Of a stretch of 50,104 bases of DNA, positions 9,326 through 17,859 are shown one piece after another. A model generated the notes under the pieces. The model saw only the letters and a program-made list of their open reading frames with translations. It was not told the DNA's origin and searched no databases. Position numbers and translations under genes: made by a program. The stretch's first letter is position 1. The number at the start of each line of letters is the position of its first letter. Origin of the DNA: an uncultured Gemmatimonadota bacterium (GTDB lineage: Bacteria; GCA-2686955); NCBI GenBank assembly GCA_964490075.1, contig CAZBBK010000002.1:1-50104 (forward strand). Direction: 5' to 3'.

Positions 9326-10118
9326 TCTTCGCCTGCTTGCGCGCCAGCGGCGGACGCAGGAAGTCGAAGGCGTAGTTCATGCCGATGCTGACCTTCGGAT
9401 GCACCTTCGGATCGACGCTCGCCGGACTGCGCTTGTAGTTGAAGGCCGATTCGAACTCCGCCAGCGCCAGGTGGGCGGAGAAGTTGTCGTTGAGGCGGAA
9501 GGTCGCGCCGATGTTGCCGTCGGACCCGTCCTCCTCGAAAACGAAGCGCAGGTAGTCGGTGGCCCAGAACTCCACCCCGGCGAACACGCCCTGCACGTCG
9601 TTCGAGGTCTTGGTGACGCCGCGGAAGCGACCCGAGCCGACCCCGAGATGCACCGACAGATCGAGATCCGAGACCCAGGTCATGCGTTTCGAGGCCACCA
9701 CGTAGAAGGAGTTGGCCTGTCCGCTGGCATAGCTGAAATCCGCGCCGTACTCGGAGGCCCACTCCTTGCCGCCGATGTTCTGCACGCCGACGGCGAGCGC
9801 GGGCAGGTAGCGGCCTTCGTCGCTGACGCGCAGCTTGACCGCCCCCGTGAACTGCTGCTCGCTCTCCATGAACACCGCCGCCTCGGCCCAGTCGAAAATC
9901 CCCACCGTGATGGTCTGGGATCCCTTGGTGTGCAGTCTGGCCTCCGAGGCGTAGCTGGTCATGAAGGTCGTCACCACCGGCACCCGGTGCGGCAAGACCC
10001 TGGCGGTCGGCATGTCCACCAAGTCGCTCGGTTGGAAGTTTGCGATCGCCTCGGCTCGTGTGGCCGCGCCGCAGGCGAGTCCGGCGATCACCCAGGTGAC
10101 CCGTGTCAGGTTGTGCAT
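9165..10118 (-). CDS. YjbH-like outer-membrane beta-barrel protein with C-terminal coiled coil
   Basis: ATG at 10118 after AGGAG; signal peptide; LVDMPTARV resembles the YjbH-domain N-terminus; alternating beta-strand pattern; charged heptad tail (KQAKIKEIRNQQRENAVLEEELERL). Confidence 0.65.
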   Translation of the reverse strand: MHNLTRVTWVIAGLACGAATRAEAIANFQPSDLVDMPTARVLPHRVPVVTTFMTSYASEARLHTKGSQTITVGIFDWAEAAVFMESEQQFTGAVKLRVSDEGRYLPALAVGVQNIGGKEWASEYGADFSYASGQANSFYVVASKRMTWVSDLDLSVHLGVGSGRFRGVTKTSNDVQGVFAGVEFWATDYLRFVFEEDGSDGNIGATFRLNDNFSAHLALAEFESAFNYKRSPASVDPKVHPKVSIGMNYAFDFLRPPLARKQAKIKEIRNQQRENAVLEEELERLRARRLDAEERIEAYREALAKAQPTVRVEGGDQ

Positions 10119-10466
10119 GCTCTCACTCCTCACGCGCATGCCCGCTGCGATATCCAGCGCAACGAGAGGAACCGGCGCTGCGTGGTGCGTTGCCCACGGC
10201 TCGGCGCCCAGTGGCGCACCGCTGCGCTTCGTCCTGGCTGTCTCCGTTCCCGGAGTCACTCGGGATATCGGCGAACCACGACGGAGCCTTGAGGCTTTCT
10301 TGTCCAAGATGGTGAACGTCTGATTCGGTCACCTGCGATCAGATGGAACGATCGAACGGACCGGTGCTCAAGAGGCTCATGCAACCGTCCGATAAACCGG
10401 AGGAGCCAGGAACCGCCGTTCCAGCCGAATGCGCTGGTGGCCCACCGTGCCGTGGAGCTCATCCCG

Positions 10467-12425
10467 ATGAACTGCCTCCCCATTCTGGGCGCCGCGCTCG
10501 CCCTGGTCTCCGCATCGCCGGGGACCCAGCGTGCGCGGATCACGCCCGACGAGCGCTCGCTCGATGCCCAGCTCGCCATCCTCGAATCGGGCTACTTCCG
10601 GGCCGAGGTCGCGATCGACGCGGAGATCTTCCTCGCCGACGAGATCGACTTGATTATGGAGGAGCTGCTGCAGCGGGGCTCCGCCAAGGGCTTGGCGCGC
10701 GGGGTGCGCGTGCTCGAGGCGCGCGGCGGCGCGTTGCGGCACGCCGTGGTCAGTGAACGGGCGCACGCGCACGAGATGGAATCGGAGCTGCAAGGACTGT
10801 TGGCGCTGCTGCCGGACGAGGCACTGGAGCGCGAGCGCCGGAGCAATTTCGACCAGCTGGCCGATCTGCGCAAACGCGTCGATGCCCTGGAGCCGGGGCT
10901 CTCCTGGAGTCGACGACCTCCGAGCTCCCTGCCGGCCGAGCCCGACTCGGTTCTCGATCAGGGAGTGGTCGTGTTGCTCGAGCGCCAGGCGCTGCTGCGC
11001 GAGGAGATCGACTACGAGCGCGCCCTCGGTCACGACGCGGGGGCGATGGCCGCCCGGGCATTCGTGGCGAGCGCCTACCACGAGCTGCTCGGCACCGCCC
11101 GGGACTTCGAGATCGAGCGCATGGCCGAACGCGGCCACCGGAGGGGCGTGGAGCACCTGCGCGATGCCGCCCAGGCGCAGGGCTTGCAGCAAGAGATCCT
11201 GCTGCGGGCGGCGGAGCGCCGCCTGGCGTCGGTCGCCCAGACCTACGCCGACTGGTCCGGCCGTCCGGGCACCCTGGATCGACTGGCCACCGCCCGCCTG
11301 GCGCTCGGCCGGCGTCGGGTGGCCGAGGACGCCCTGGCCTCGATCGTTGGCGATCATGGCGAATCCCGGCTCGCGCCCCGGGCAGCCGTCGAGGCGCTCG
11401 CCCTGCGCTTCGAGCTGGGCGAGTACCAGGCGGTGCTGGACGGAGCCCGCGAGTTCGCGGGCGTGGTCGAGGAATCGGATGTGGCCTACTACGTCGGCAT
11501 CGCGGCGCTGGCTCTCGGCGATGCCAGCACCGCCCGCGTGGCTCTGGAGCGGGTCGACCCATCCTCGATCCACGGCGACCGCGCCCAGCTCTCGCTGGCC
11601 GCGGCGGTGGCCGCCACCGGCGAGCTCGACCTGGCGCGCTCGATGTTCGCCGATCTCAGCCTCGACATCTCGCAGCGCGGCGGCCCCAGCGAGGTGCGCG
11701 ACCGCGCGGTGCTCTCGCTCGGTCTGCTCTTCTTCGACGCCGGACGCTTCGGCGACACGGTGGAGATCCTGAAAGAGATCCCCTCCGACAGCCCGGTCGG
11801 CACCGAGGCGGTGTTGCTGGCGGCGCAGAGCCTGGCCGGCGTGGGCGACGTCGAGGCGGCGCGCCGCCGCCTGATCGATCTGCACGACGCCGAGCCCGGC
11901 ACCGTCTCTTCGCTGCGGGCGCTCATGGCCTGCGCGGAGCTGGAGGTCGTCGCCGGACGCATGAAGGAGGCGGAAGGGCGCCTCGACGAGGTGGTGGCGG
12001 AGATCGCCGGCGACGATCGCTTCGATTCGCTGCGCGACTACGATCGACAGCTGGCCGGCCTGCGCCGCGAGGCGGCGCTCTTGGAACGAATCGAAGTCGA
12101 GCTGCAGCAGCTGCAAAACGCCGCGCAACGCGCCGGGAGGATCGAGCTGGCCGACCAGATCGGCGGTCTGCAGCCGCAACTTCGGTCCCTGGGACTCCAC
12201 TCCAGAGAGCTGGTCGCAGACACCGCCGAGGGCGCCTCCTCGGAGTTCCCGGTGCTGCGCAAGGCGGCCGAGATGCGGCTCACCGAGATCAGCCTGCTGC
12301 GCATGGAGAACGCCTCGAGCGACCTGCGACGGCTCACCGCGGGCGCTGCGGCCGATTCCACCCTGGTGCTGGCCGCCCGCGAGTCGCCCGCGGCGCCCCC
12401 CACCCTCGAAGGAGAGGCGCGATGA
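10467..12425 (+). CDS. Secreted TPR protein, GltC-like
   Basis: Signal peptide MNCLPILGAALALVSA after GGAG; TPR-like helical repeats; C-terminal coiled coil; 4-nt ATGA overlap with the next gene. Confidence 0.7.
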   Translation: MNCLPILGAALALVSASPGTQRARITPDERSLDAQLAILESGYFRAEVAIDAEIFLADEIDLIMEELLQRGSAKGLARGVRVLEARGGALRHAVVSERAHAHEMESELQGLLALLPDEALERERRSNFDQLADLRKRVDALEPGLSWSRRPPSSLPAEPDSVLDQGVVVLLERQALLREEIDYERALGHDAGAMAARAFVASAYHELLGTARDFEIERMAERGHRRGVEHLRDAAQAQGLQQEILLRAAERRLASVAQTYADWSGRPGTLDRLATARLALGRRRVAEDALASIVGDHGESRLAPRAAVEALALRFELGEYQAVLDGAREFAGVVEESDVAYYVGIAALALGDASTARVALERVDPSSIHGDRAQLSLAAAVAATGELDLARSMFADLSLDISQRGGPSEVRDRAVLSLGLLFFDAGRFGDTVEILKEIPSDSPVGTEAVLLAAQSLAGVGDVEAARRRLIDLHDAEPGTVSSLRALMACAELEVVAGRMKEAEGRLDEVVAEIAGDDRFDSLRDYDRQLAGLRREAALLERIEVELQQLQNAAQRAGRIELADQIGGLQPQLRSLGLHSRELVADTAEGASSEFPVLRKAAEMRLTEISLLRMENASSDLRRLTAGAAADSTLVLAARESPAAPPTLEGEAR

Positions 12426-15400
12426 TGCGCACGCAAGCTGGCCCTCATGCTCGTCTCTGGGTGGTCCTCGCGATCGTCGCCGCGGGCGGCGCTGCGCTGG
12501 CCGAGGAGGCGCAACCGATCGACCTGGCGCAGGATGCCGCCAGTGTTCTCCGCTCCCGGGCATCCGGCGGCGGCGTACGGATCGACGCGATCAACAAGAT
12601 CCAGGATCGCCTGCACGACCGCCGGGCCTCCGCCATCCTCCGCCTGGAGCGAGTGGTCGAGGCCTATCCCGACGATCCCAAGGCGCCGGCGCTGATGTTC
12701 CAGCTCGCGGAGCTGCTCTTCGAGCACCAGCGCGCCGAGCATCTGGCCCGCTTCGAGGATCTCGACGCCGAGCTCGAGCAGGACGACCTGCTGGCCGACT
12801 ACGGACGGGCCAAGGCCGCCTATTCCGCCTTGCTCGCCGCCCACCCCGACGCCCCCGAAGCGGCGGGTGCGCTCTACGGACTCGCCTATTGCCTGCAAGA
12901 AGAAGGCGAGGGCGACGCGGCGCTGGTCCACTACGGCAAGCTCGTCGAGCGCTTTCCGAAGGCCGGCTACGCGCCGGAAGCCTATGTGCGCCTGGGAGAG
13001 CTGCTCTTCGATCGCAACCGCCTGGAGGAGGCCGCGGCGAGCTACCGCGCAGTGCTCGACTGGCCGGCCTCATCCCTCTACGAAGAGGCGCTCTACAAGC
13101 TGGGATGGACCTACTACCGCCTGTCTCGCTACGCCGACGCCATCAGCGTCTTCACCTACCTGATCGACGATGCCGGCGCGGGGCAGCAGCCCGACGGCAT
13201 GGCCGGAGAGGCCAAGTCCTACATCGCCATCAGCTTCTCGGAGTTCGGCGGCGTCGAAGGGTTGCAGAGCTACCTGCAGGACATCGGCGATCGTCCCTAC
13301 GGCGCGGAGCTGCTCTTGAGCCTGGGCGGCCTGCTCCGCGGAGAGGGCGAGTTCGATGCGGCCGAGCGGGCCTTCCGTGGTTTCGTGGAGAGCTATGGCG
13401 ACCACCAGGAAGCTCCTCGAGCGCAGCGCGAGCTGGTCGAGGTGCTGGAGTTGCAGGAGAAAGAGAGCGCGGCGTTGGCGGCGCAGGCTCGGTTCTCCAG
13501 TCTCTTCGGTCCCGGCACCACCTGGGCCGACGCCTGGCGCGCCGCGGAGCAAGCGGCCGACGTGCGCCAGTCCGCCGAGGACTTCCACTACGCCAGCGCC
13601 GCCGGAGTCCACGCCGAAGCGCGGGAGTCGGGCGATAGCGAAGGGCTGCGCCGCGCGGTCGATCTCTACGCCTCGTTCTTCGAGCGCTATCCCGAGAGCC
13701 AACGGCTGCTGCAGGTGGCGATGCAGCGCGCCGACGCCTGGATCGACCTGGAGCAGCCCCTGGTCGCCAGCGACTACTTCGTCGAGGCCGCCGAGATCGC
13801 GGCCCAGTCGCCGGAGTCGGCACAGCTCGCGGCCGATGCGCTCTACCGCGCCATCCTGGCGGCCGATGCGGCGGGAGCCGCCGCCGACTCGATCGCACTG
13901 GGGCGGATGTCGGTCGCCATCGAGCGTCTCAGCGCCGAACATCCGCGCGACGAGCGCGTGCCGAGCGTCTGGATGCGACGCGCCGAGCTTCACTTCGACG
14001 CCGCCCGCTACACCAAGGCAGCGCTCGACTTCGTGCGAGTCGCGGGCATGGACGCGCCCCCCGAGCTGATCGGCCGGGCCACCGAGATGGCCGCCCGCAG
14101 CCACTTCGAAGCGAAGCAGTATGGCGAGGCAGAGGCGTGGGCCGCGCGCCTGGGGGACGATGCCGAGGCCTCCGCGCTGCGCGTGGCCGCCGCCTACCGC
14201 CAGGCCGAGCTGCTGCGAGACGCGCAGGACTGGAGCGCCGCCGCCACCGAGTTCTTGCGCGTGGTCGCCCTCGATCCGGCCGATTCCGGAGCCGCGGCGG
14301 CTCTCTACGATGCCGCCAGCGCCTGGCTGGGCGGCGAGGATCCGACGGCCGCGGCACGCGACTTCGAGCGCCTGGCGACCGATTACCCGGAGTCGGAGCT
14401 CGCAACCGATGCGCTGCGCCAGGCAGCGGTGCTGCACGAGGCAAAGGGCGATCATCTGCGCGCCGCCACGCTGCTCTCGGAGCTGGCGTCGCGGGCGGCG
14501 GACAGCGCCATGGGCGACGACGCCAGCTACTACGCGGCCCGCTACTGGCTCGACGCCGGCGAATCGGCTCGGGCCCTGGTCGCCTTCACCGCCTACCGGG
14601 AGCACTACGCCGACGACCCGGAGCGCAACATCGATGCGCGCATCCAGGAGATCCGTCTCCTCGAGGCGACGGACGCCGATCGAATGCGCCGTCTCGCTGC
14701 GCTCGGCGCGCTCCTGGACGCCGCCGAGACCTATCGCGCGCGGGGGGCGGAGATCGCCCCGGCGATCCTGGCCGAGGCCGAGTTCAAACGTACCGAGCTC
14801 GATCTGCCCACCTATCGCGAGGCCACGATCAAGCCACCGCTGGACCAGTCCACGCGGCGCAAAGAGGCGCTCATGAACCAGCTGCTCGACGGCTATGCCC
14901 GGACCTCCGAGCATCTGGCCGCCCGCTGGTCGATCCGCTCCCTGGTGCGCATGGGCGAGGTGCTCGAGGAGTTCCACCGCGGACTCGTTCAGGCGCCGGT
15001 GCCGGACGATCTCTCCGAGGTCGAGGCCGCGCTCTATCTGATGGAGCTCGAGGACTATGCCGCGCCCTACGGCGATCAGGCGGTCGAGTCGTATGTCGCG
15101 GCCATCGACATGGCGATCGAAACCGGCCTGGACGAACCGCTGGTTGCGGTCGGCAAGGCGCGCGCCCAGGCCTTCCGGCCGGAGCTGGAGCTGGCCGCGC
15201 TTCCGGGCGAGGAATTGGCCGCCGCTCCGCCACGCCTGGCCGCCAGCGCCGCCCTGCGGCTTCCCGACCTGACCCTCCCGACCGCCCCCCAGGATCCCGC
15301 CGATTCCGGGCCGTGGCTGCCCCGCCTGGCGCTCGGTTCCGGAGCCCGTTGGACCCTCGCCGGTGCCGGAGCGGCCGGTGGTGTCGGATGCGCGCTGCTG

Positions 15401-15640
15401 GCTGCGCAGGGAAGCAACACCGGTGTCGTTCTGGCACTTGGAGCGGCGAGCGGGAGTGCTTTGGCGGCCGCGATTTGGGGCGGCAGTCAAGATGATGGAC
15501 AGCTCGACGACAAATCACACAAAAACTACAGTCCGAACCGGTCGACCGACGATCTCGAATTGAAAGGTCCAAGGGTGGAACTGACGGCGGACCCGACGAA
15601 TCGAGCAGCGCAGCTGCTCCTTTCCCTGCCGCTCCCTTGA
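12422..15640 (+). CDS. Large secreted TPR protein, AgmU/GltD-like
   Basis: Signal peptide; many TPR/BamD-like repeats (ALYKLGWTYY, EAYVRLGELLF); late segment GLVQAPVPDDL..YLMELEDYAAPYGDQAVESY resembles the AgmU/GltD C-terminal region. Confidence 0.8.
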   Translation: MMRTQAGPHARLWVVLAIVAAGGAALAEEAQPIDLAQDAASVLRSRASGGGVRIDAINKIQDRLHDRRASAILRLERVVEAYPDDPKAPALMFQLAELLFEHQRAEHLARFEDLDAELEQDDLLADYGRAKAAYSALLAAHPDAPEAAGALYGLAYCLQEEGEGDAALVHYGKLVERFPKAGYAPEAYVRLGELLFDRNRLEEAAASYRAVLDWPASSLYEEALYKLGWTYYRLSRYADAISVFTYLIDDAGAGQQPDGMAGEAKSYIAISFSEFGGVEGLQSYLQDIGDRPYGAELLLSLGGLLRGEGEFDAAERAFRGFVESYGDHQEAPRAQRELVEVLELQEKESAALAAQARFSSLFGPGTTWADAWRAAEQAADVRQSAEDFHYASAAGVHAEARESGDSEGLRRAVDLYASFFERYPESQRLLQVAMQRADAWIDLEQPLVASDYFVEAAEIAAQSPESAQLAADALYRAILAADAAGAAADSIALGRMSVAIERLSAEHPRDERVPSVWMRRAELHFDAARYTKAALDFVRVAGMDAPPELIGRATEMAARSHFEAKQYGEAEAWAARLGDDAEASALRVAAAYRQAELLRDAQDWSAAATEFLRVVALDPADSGAAAALYDAASAWLGGEDPTAAARDFERLATDYPESELATDALRQAAVLHEAKGDHLRAATLLSELASRAADSAMGDDASYYAARYWLDAGESARALVAFTAYREHYADDPERNIDARIQEIRLLEATDADRMRRLAALGALLDAAETYRARGAEIAPAILAEAEFKRTELDLPTYREATIKPPLDQSTRRKEALMNQLLDGYARTSEHLAARWSIRSLVRMGEVLEEFHRGLVQAPVPDDLSEVEAALYLMELEDYAAPYGDQAVESYVAAIDMAIETGLDEPLVAVGKARAQAFRPELELAALPGEELAAAPPRLAASAALRLPDLTLPTAPQDPADSGPWLPRLALGSGARWTLAGAGAAGGVGCALLAAQGSNTGVVLALGAASGSALAAAIWGGSQDDGQLDDKSHKNYSPNRSTDDLELKGPRVELTADPTNRAAQLLLSLPLP

Positions 15641-15683
15641 CCCTTCGGGGGGAACGACGAGGACCACTGGACGGAGCGAGGAC

Positions 15684-15995
15684 ATGTTCCTGATCTCTAC
15701 TCTCATCTTGGCCACTTTGGCGGTCGCCGAGGAGCCCGCGCGCTCCGCTGCGTCGCCGGGTGTGCTGCAGATCGAGTCCGAGCTGGTGATCCGCGGACGG
15801 GTGCGGAAACCACAGGTTTTTTTCGTGATTCCCAAGAGCATCGCGGAGCTGGGGGAGGAGATCGCCGAGGTCTCCGATCCGGTGGACGAAGTGGTGCGTT
15901 TGGGCGCCGTGAATCTCGCCCCCACCCGGGTGGCGGATTTGGATGCTCTCCGCCGGAGCTCCCTCCTCGGGGCGCTCGAGGAGGCGGTTCGATGA
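15684..15995 (+). CDS. Small secreted protein, GltF/CglF-like
   Basis: 103 aa, signal peptide, ELVIRGRVRKPQVFFVI motif like myxobacterial GltF paralogs; GAGG RBS. Confidence 0.6.
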   Translation: MFLISTLILATLAVAEEPARSAASPGVLQIESELVIRGRVRKPQVFFVIPKSIAELGEEIAEVSDPVDEVVRLGAVNLAPTRVADLDALRRSSLLGALEEAVR

Positions 15996-16101
15996 CGAGG
16001 CTCTGCGCTTCGAGTTTTCGGTCGTGGACCACGCGACCGCTTGAGTCATGCTTCACGGCGCGCTGGGCGCCGCAAAGCTCGACATTCGAGGAGGATCTCT
16101 G

Positions 16102-16788
16102 ATGGGTATGTACTCACCCGACCAGTTGCTCGCCTTCTTCAAGCAGGGTGGGGTTTTCATGCACCTCATCCTGCTCAGTGGAGCGGTGGCACTGGCTGTA
16201 TCGCTGGAGCGCTACTTCGTGCTCTACGTGCGCAGCAGCATGTCGGCGCGGGCCTTCGTCAACAAGATCTGCGGGCATATCAAGTCCGCCGACTTCGACC
16301 AGGGGCTCACCCTTTCGATGGCCAAAAAGACGCCGCTGGCGCGCATCGTGAGGGCCGCGATCATGGCCCGCTCGGGCGACGAGCGCGACGTGCAAAACGC
16401 AGTCGATGAGGCGGCTCTGGCCGAAATCCCGGCGCTCCAGGAGCGCACGCCCTACCTGGCCACGATCGCCCAGATCGCGACTCTGCTGGGGCTGCTCGGA
16501 ACGATCGTGGGGTTGATGCAATCGTTCGCCGCGGTGCAGAGCGCCGCCTCGGAACAGCGAGCGATGCTGCTGGCGGCCGGAATCTCGACCGCGCTCAACA
16601 CCACCGCGCTCGGCCTGGTCGTCGCCGTGCCGACCACCGTGGCCTACTCGGTGTTTCAGCGCAAGACCGAACGGCTGATCGAGCAGATCGACGAGGCCTC
16701 GGTGCGAGTGATGAACCTGCTCATCTCGCAGAAATCCCGCGCCGCGACCGCTCAGACCCAGGTCGAGGAAAGAGCAGCGGCGCACTGA
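16102..16788 (+). CDS. MotA/TolQ/ExbB proton channel subunit (AglR-like)
   Basis: GGVFM..ERY, ATLLGLLGTIVGLMQSF and GISTALNTTALGLVVAVP motifs; start set at the ATG after GAGGAGG. Confidence 0.93.
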   Translation: MGMYSPDQLLAFFKQGGVFMHLILLSGAVALAVSLERYFVLYVRSSMSARAFVNKICGHIKSADFDQGLTLSMAKKTPLARIVRAAIMARSGDERDVQNAVDEAALAEIPALQERTPYLATIAQIATLLGLLGTIVGLMQSFAAVQSAASEQRAMLLAAGISTALNTTALGLVVAVPTTVAYSVFQRKTERLIEQIDEASVRVMNLLISQKSRAATAQTQVEERAAAH

Positions 16789-16807
16789 GTCGCCCTGGAG
16801 AGTGCCG

Positions 16808-17284
16808 ATGTTTCCCGCGACCCGCCGCTCCCGTGCCGTGCGCGAACAGGAAGAGCTGAACATCACGCCGATCATGAACGTGTTCATGATCCTGGTGCCC
16901 TTCCTCCTGCTCACCGCCGCCTTCGCGCATACGGCGATGGTCGACCTGACCCTGCCGGTATCGTCGGAGCAGACCGAGACCGAGGAGGATCCGGCGTTGG
17001 ATCTGAACCTGCGGGTCTCGATCACCGAGTCGGGACTGCGGGTCGAAGGGAACGAGGCCGCGCTCGCGCGCCTGCCGCGGCTGGCCACGGGGGACTACGA
17101 CCTGGTCGGGCTGGAGCGTCAGCTCGGCGAGGTTCGCGAGGCCCATCCGGATGAGCAAGCGGTGATCGTGGCCGCGGTTCCGAGCATCCGCTACCAATCG
17201 GTGATCTCGGTCATGGATCGCTGCAAGTCCGCTGGATTCAGCGAAATCTCCGTCGGGCCGGCCGACTCCGAGGAGCCACGATGA
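16808..17284 (+). CDS. ExbD/TolR family protein (AglQ-like), Asn at the conserved TM Asp position
   Basis: ELNITPIMNVFMILVPFLL transmembrane segment; periplasmic YQSVISVMDRCKSAGF motif. Confidence 0.88.
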   Translation: MFPATRRSRAVREQEELNITPIMNVFMILVPFLLLTAAFAHTAMVDLTLPVSSEQTETEEDPALDLNLRVSITESGLRVEGNEAALARLPRLATGDYDLVGLERQLGEVREAHPDEQAVIVAAVPSIRYQSVISVMDRCKSAGFSEISVGPADSEEPR

Positions 17285-17850
17285 GCTTCAGCCCTTCGAA
17301 GAGACCGATGCGGGCCGGCAGCAACGCAGGAGTGCGCAGGAGCAGTCGCTTCAAGCGCCGGCGCTTCGTGCTGAGCATCACGTCGATGATCGACATGTTC
17401 ACCATCTTGCTCATCTTCCTGCTGGTGAACTTCTCGAGCGACGACGCGGTGCGCGCGCCCAATCTCGATCTGCCCGACTCCGAACAGGCCTCCGGACAGA
17501 AGCGAAGCTCGGTTCCGGTGATGGTCACGCAGGATGCGATCGTGGTCGACGGCAAGTCGATCGCCACCATCGAGCAGGTCGCGCAGCAAACATCCGCGGT
17601 GATTCCAGAGCTGGTCGCGGCCCTCGAGCAGCAGCGCGATCGCGCGATTCACATCGCCCGCCTGGCGAGCAAAGCCGCCAACTCGGGCGCGTCCGATACC
17701 GAAGAGATCGCCTGGCAGGGGCGGGTGACGCTCAACGGCGACAGCGAGGCTCCCTTCGAGCTGCTGCAGCGGGTCATCTACTCCTGCGGGCAAGCCTCCT
17801 TCGCCGAGGTCTCCCTCGCAGTCGACAAGGTCTCCGAGGCCGGGAGTTAG
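17281..17850 (+). CDS. ExbD/TolR family protein (AglS-like)
   Basis: LSITSMIDMFTILLIFLLVNFS TM with the Asp retained; GDSEAPFELLQRVIYSCGQA motif; ATGA overlap with the previous gene. Confidence 0.9.
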   Translation: MSFSPSKRPMRAGSNAGVRRSSRFKRRRFVLSITSMIDMFTILLIFLLVNFSSDDAVRAPNLDLPDSEQASGQKRSSVPVMVTQDAIVVDGKSIATIEQVAQQTSAVIPELVAALEQQRDRAIHIARLASKAANSGASDTEEIAWQGRVTLNGDSEAPFELLQRVIYSCGQASFAEVSLAVDKVSEAGS

Positions 17851-17859
17851 GAGAGGCTG

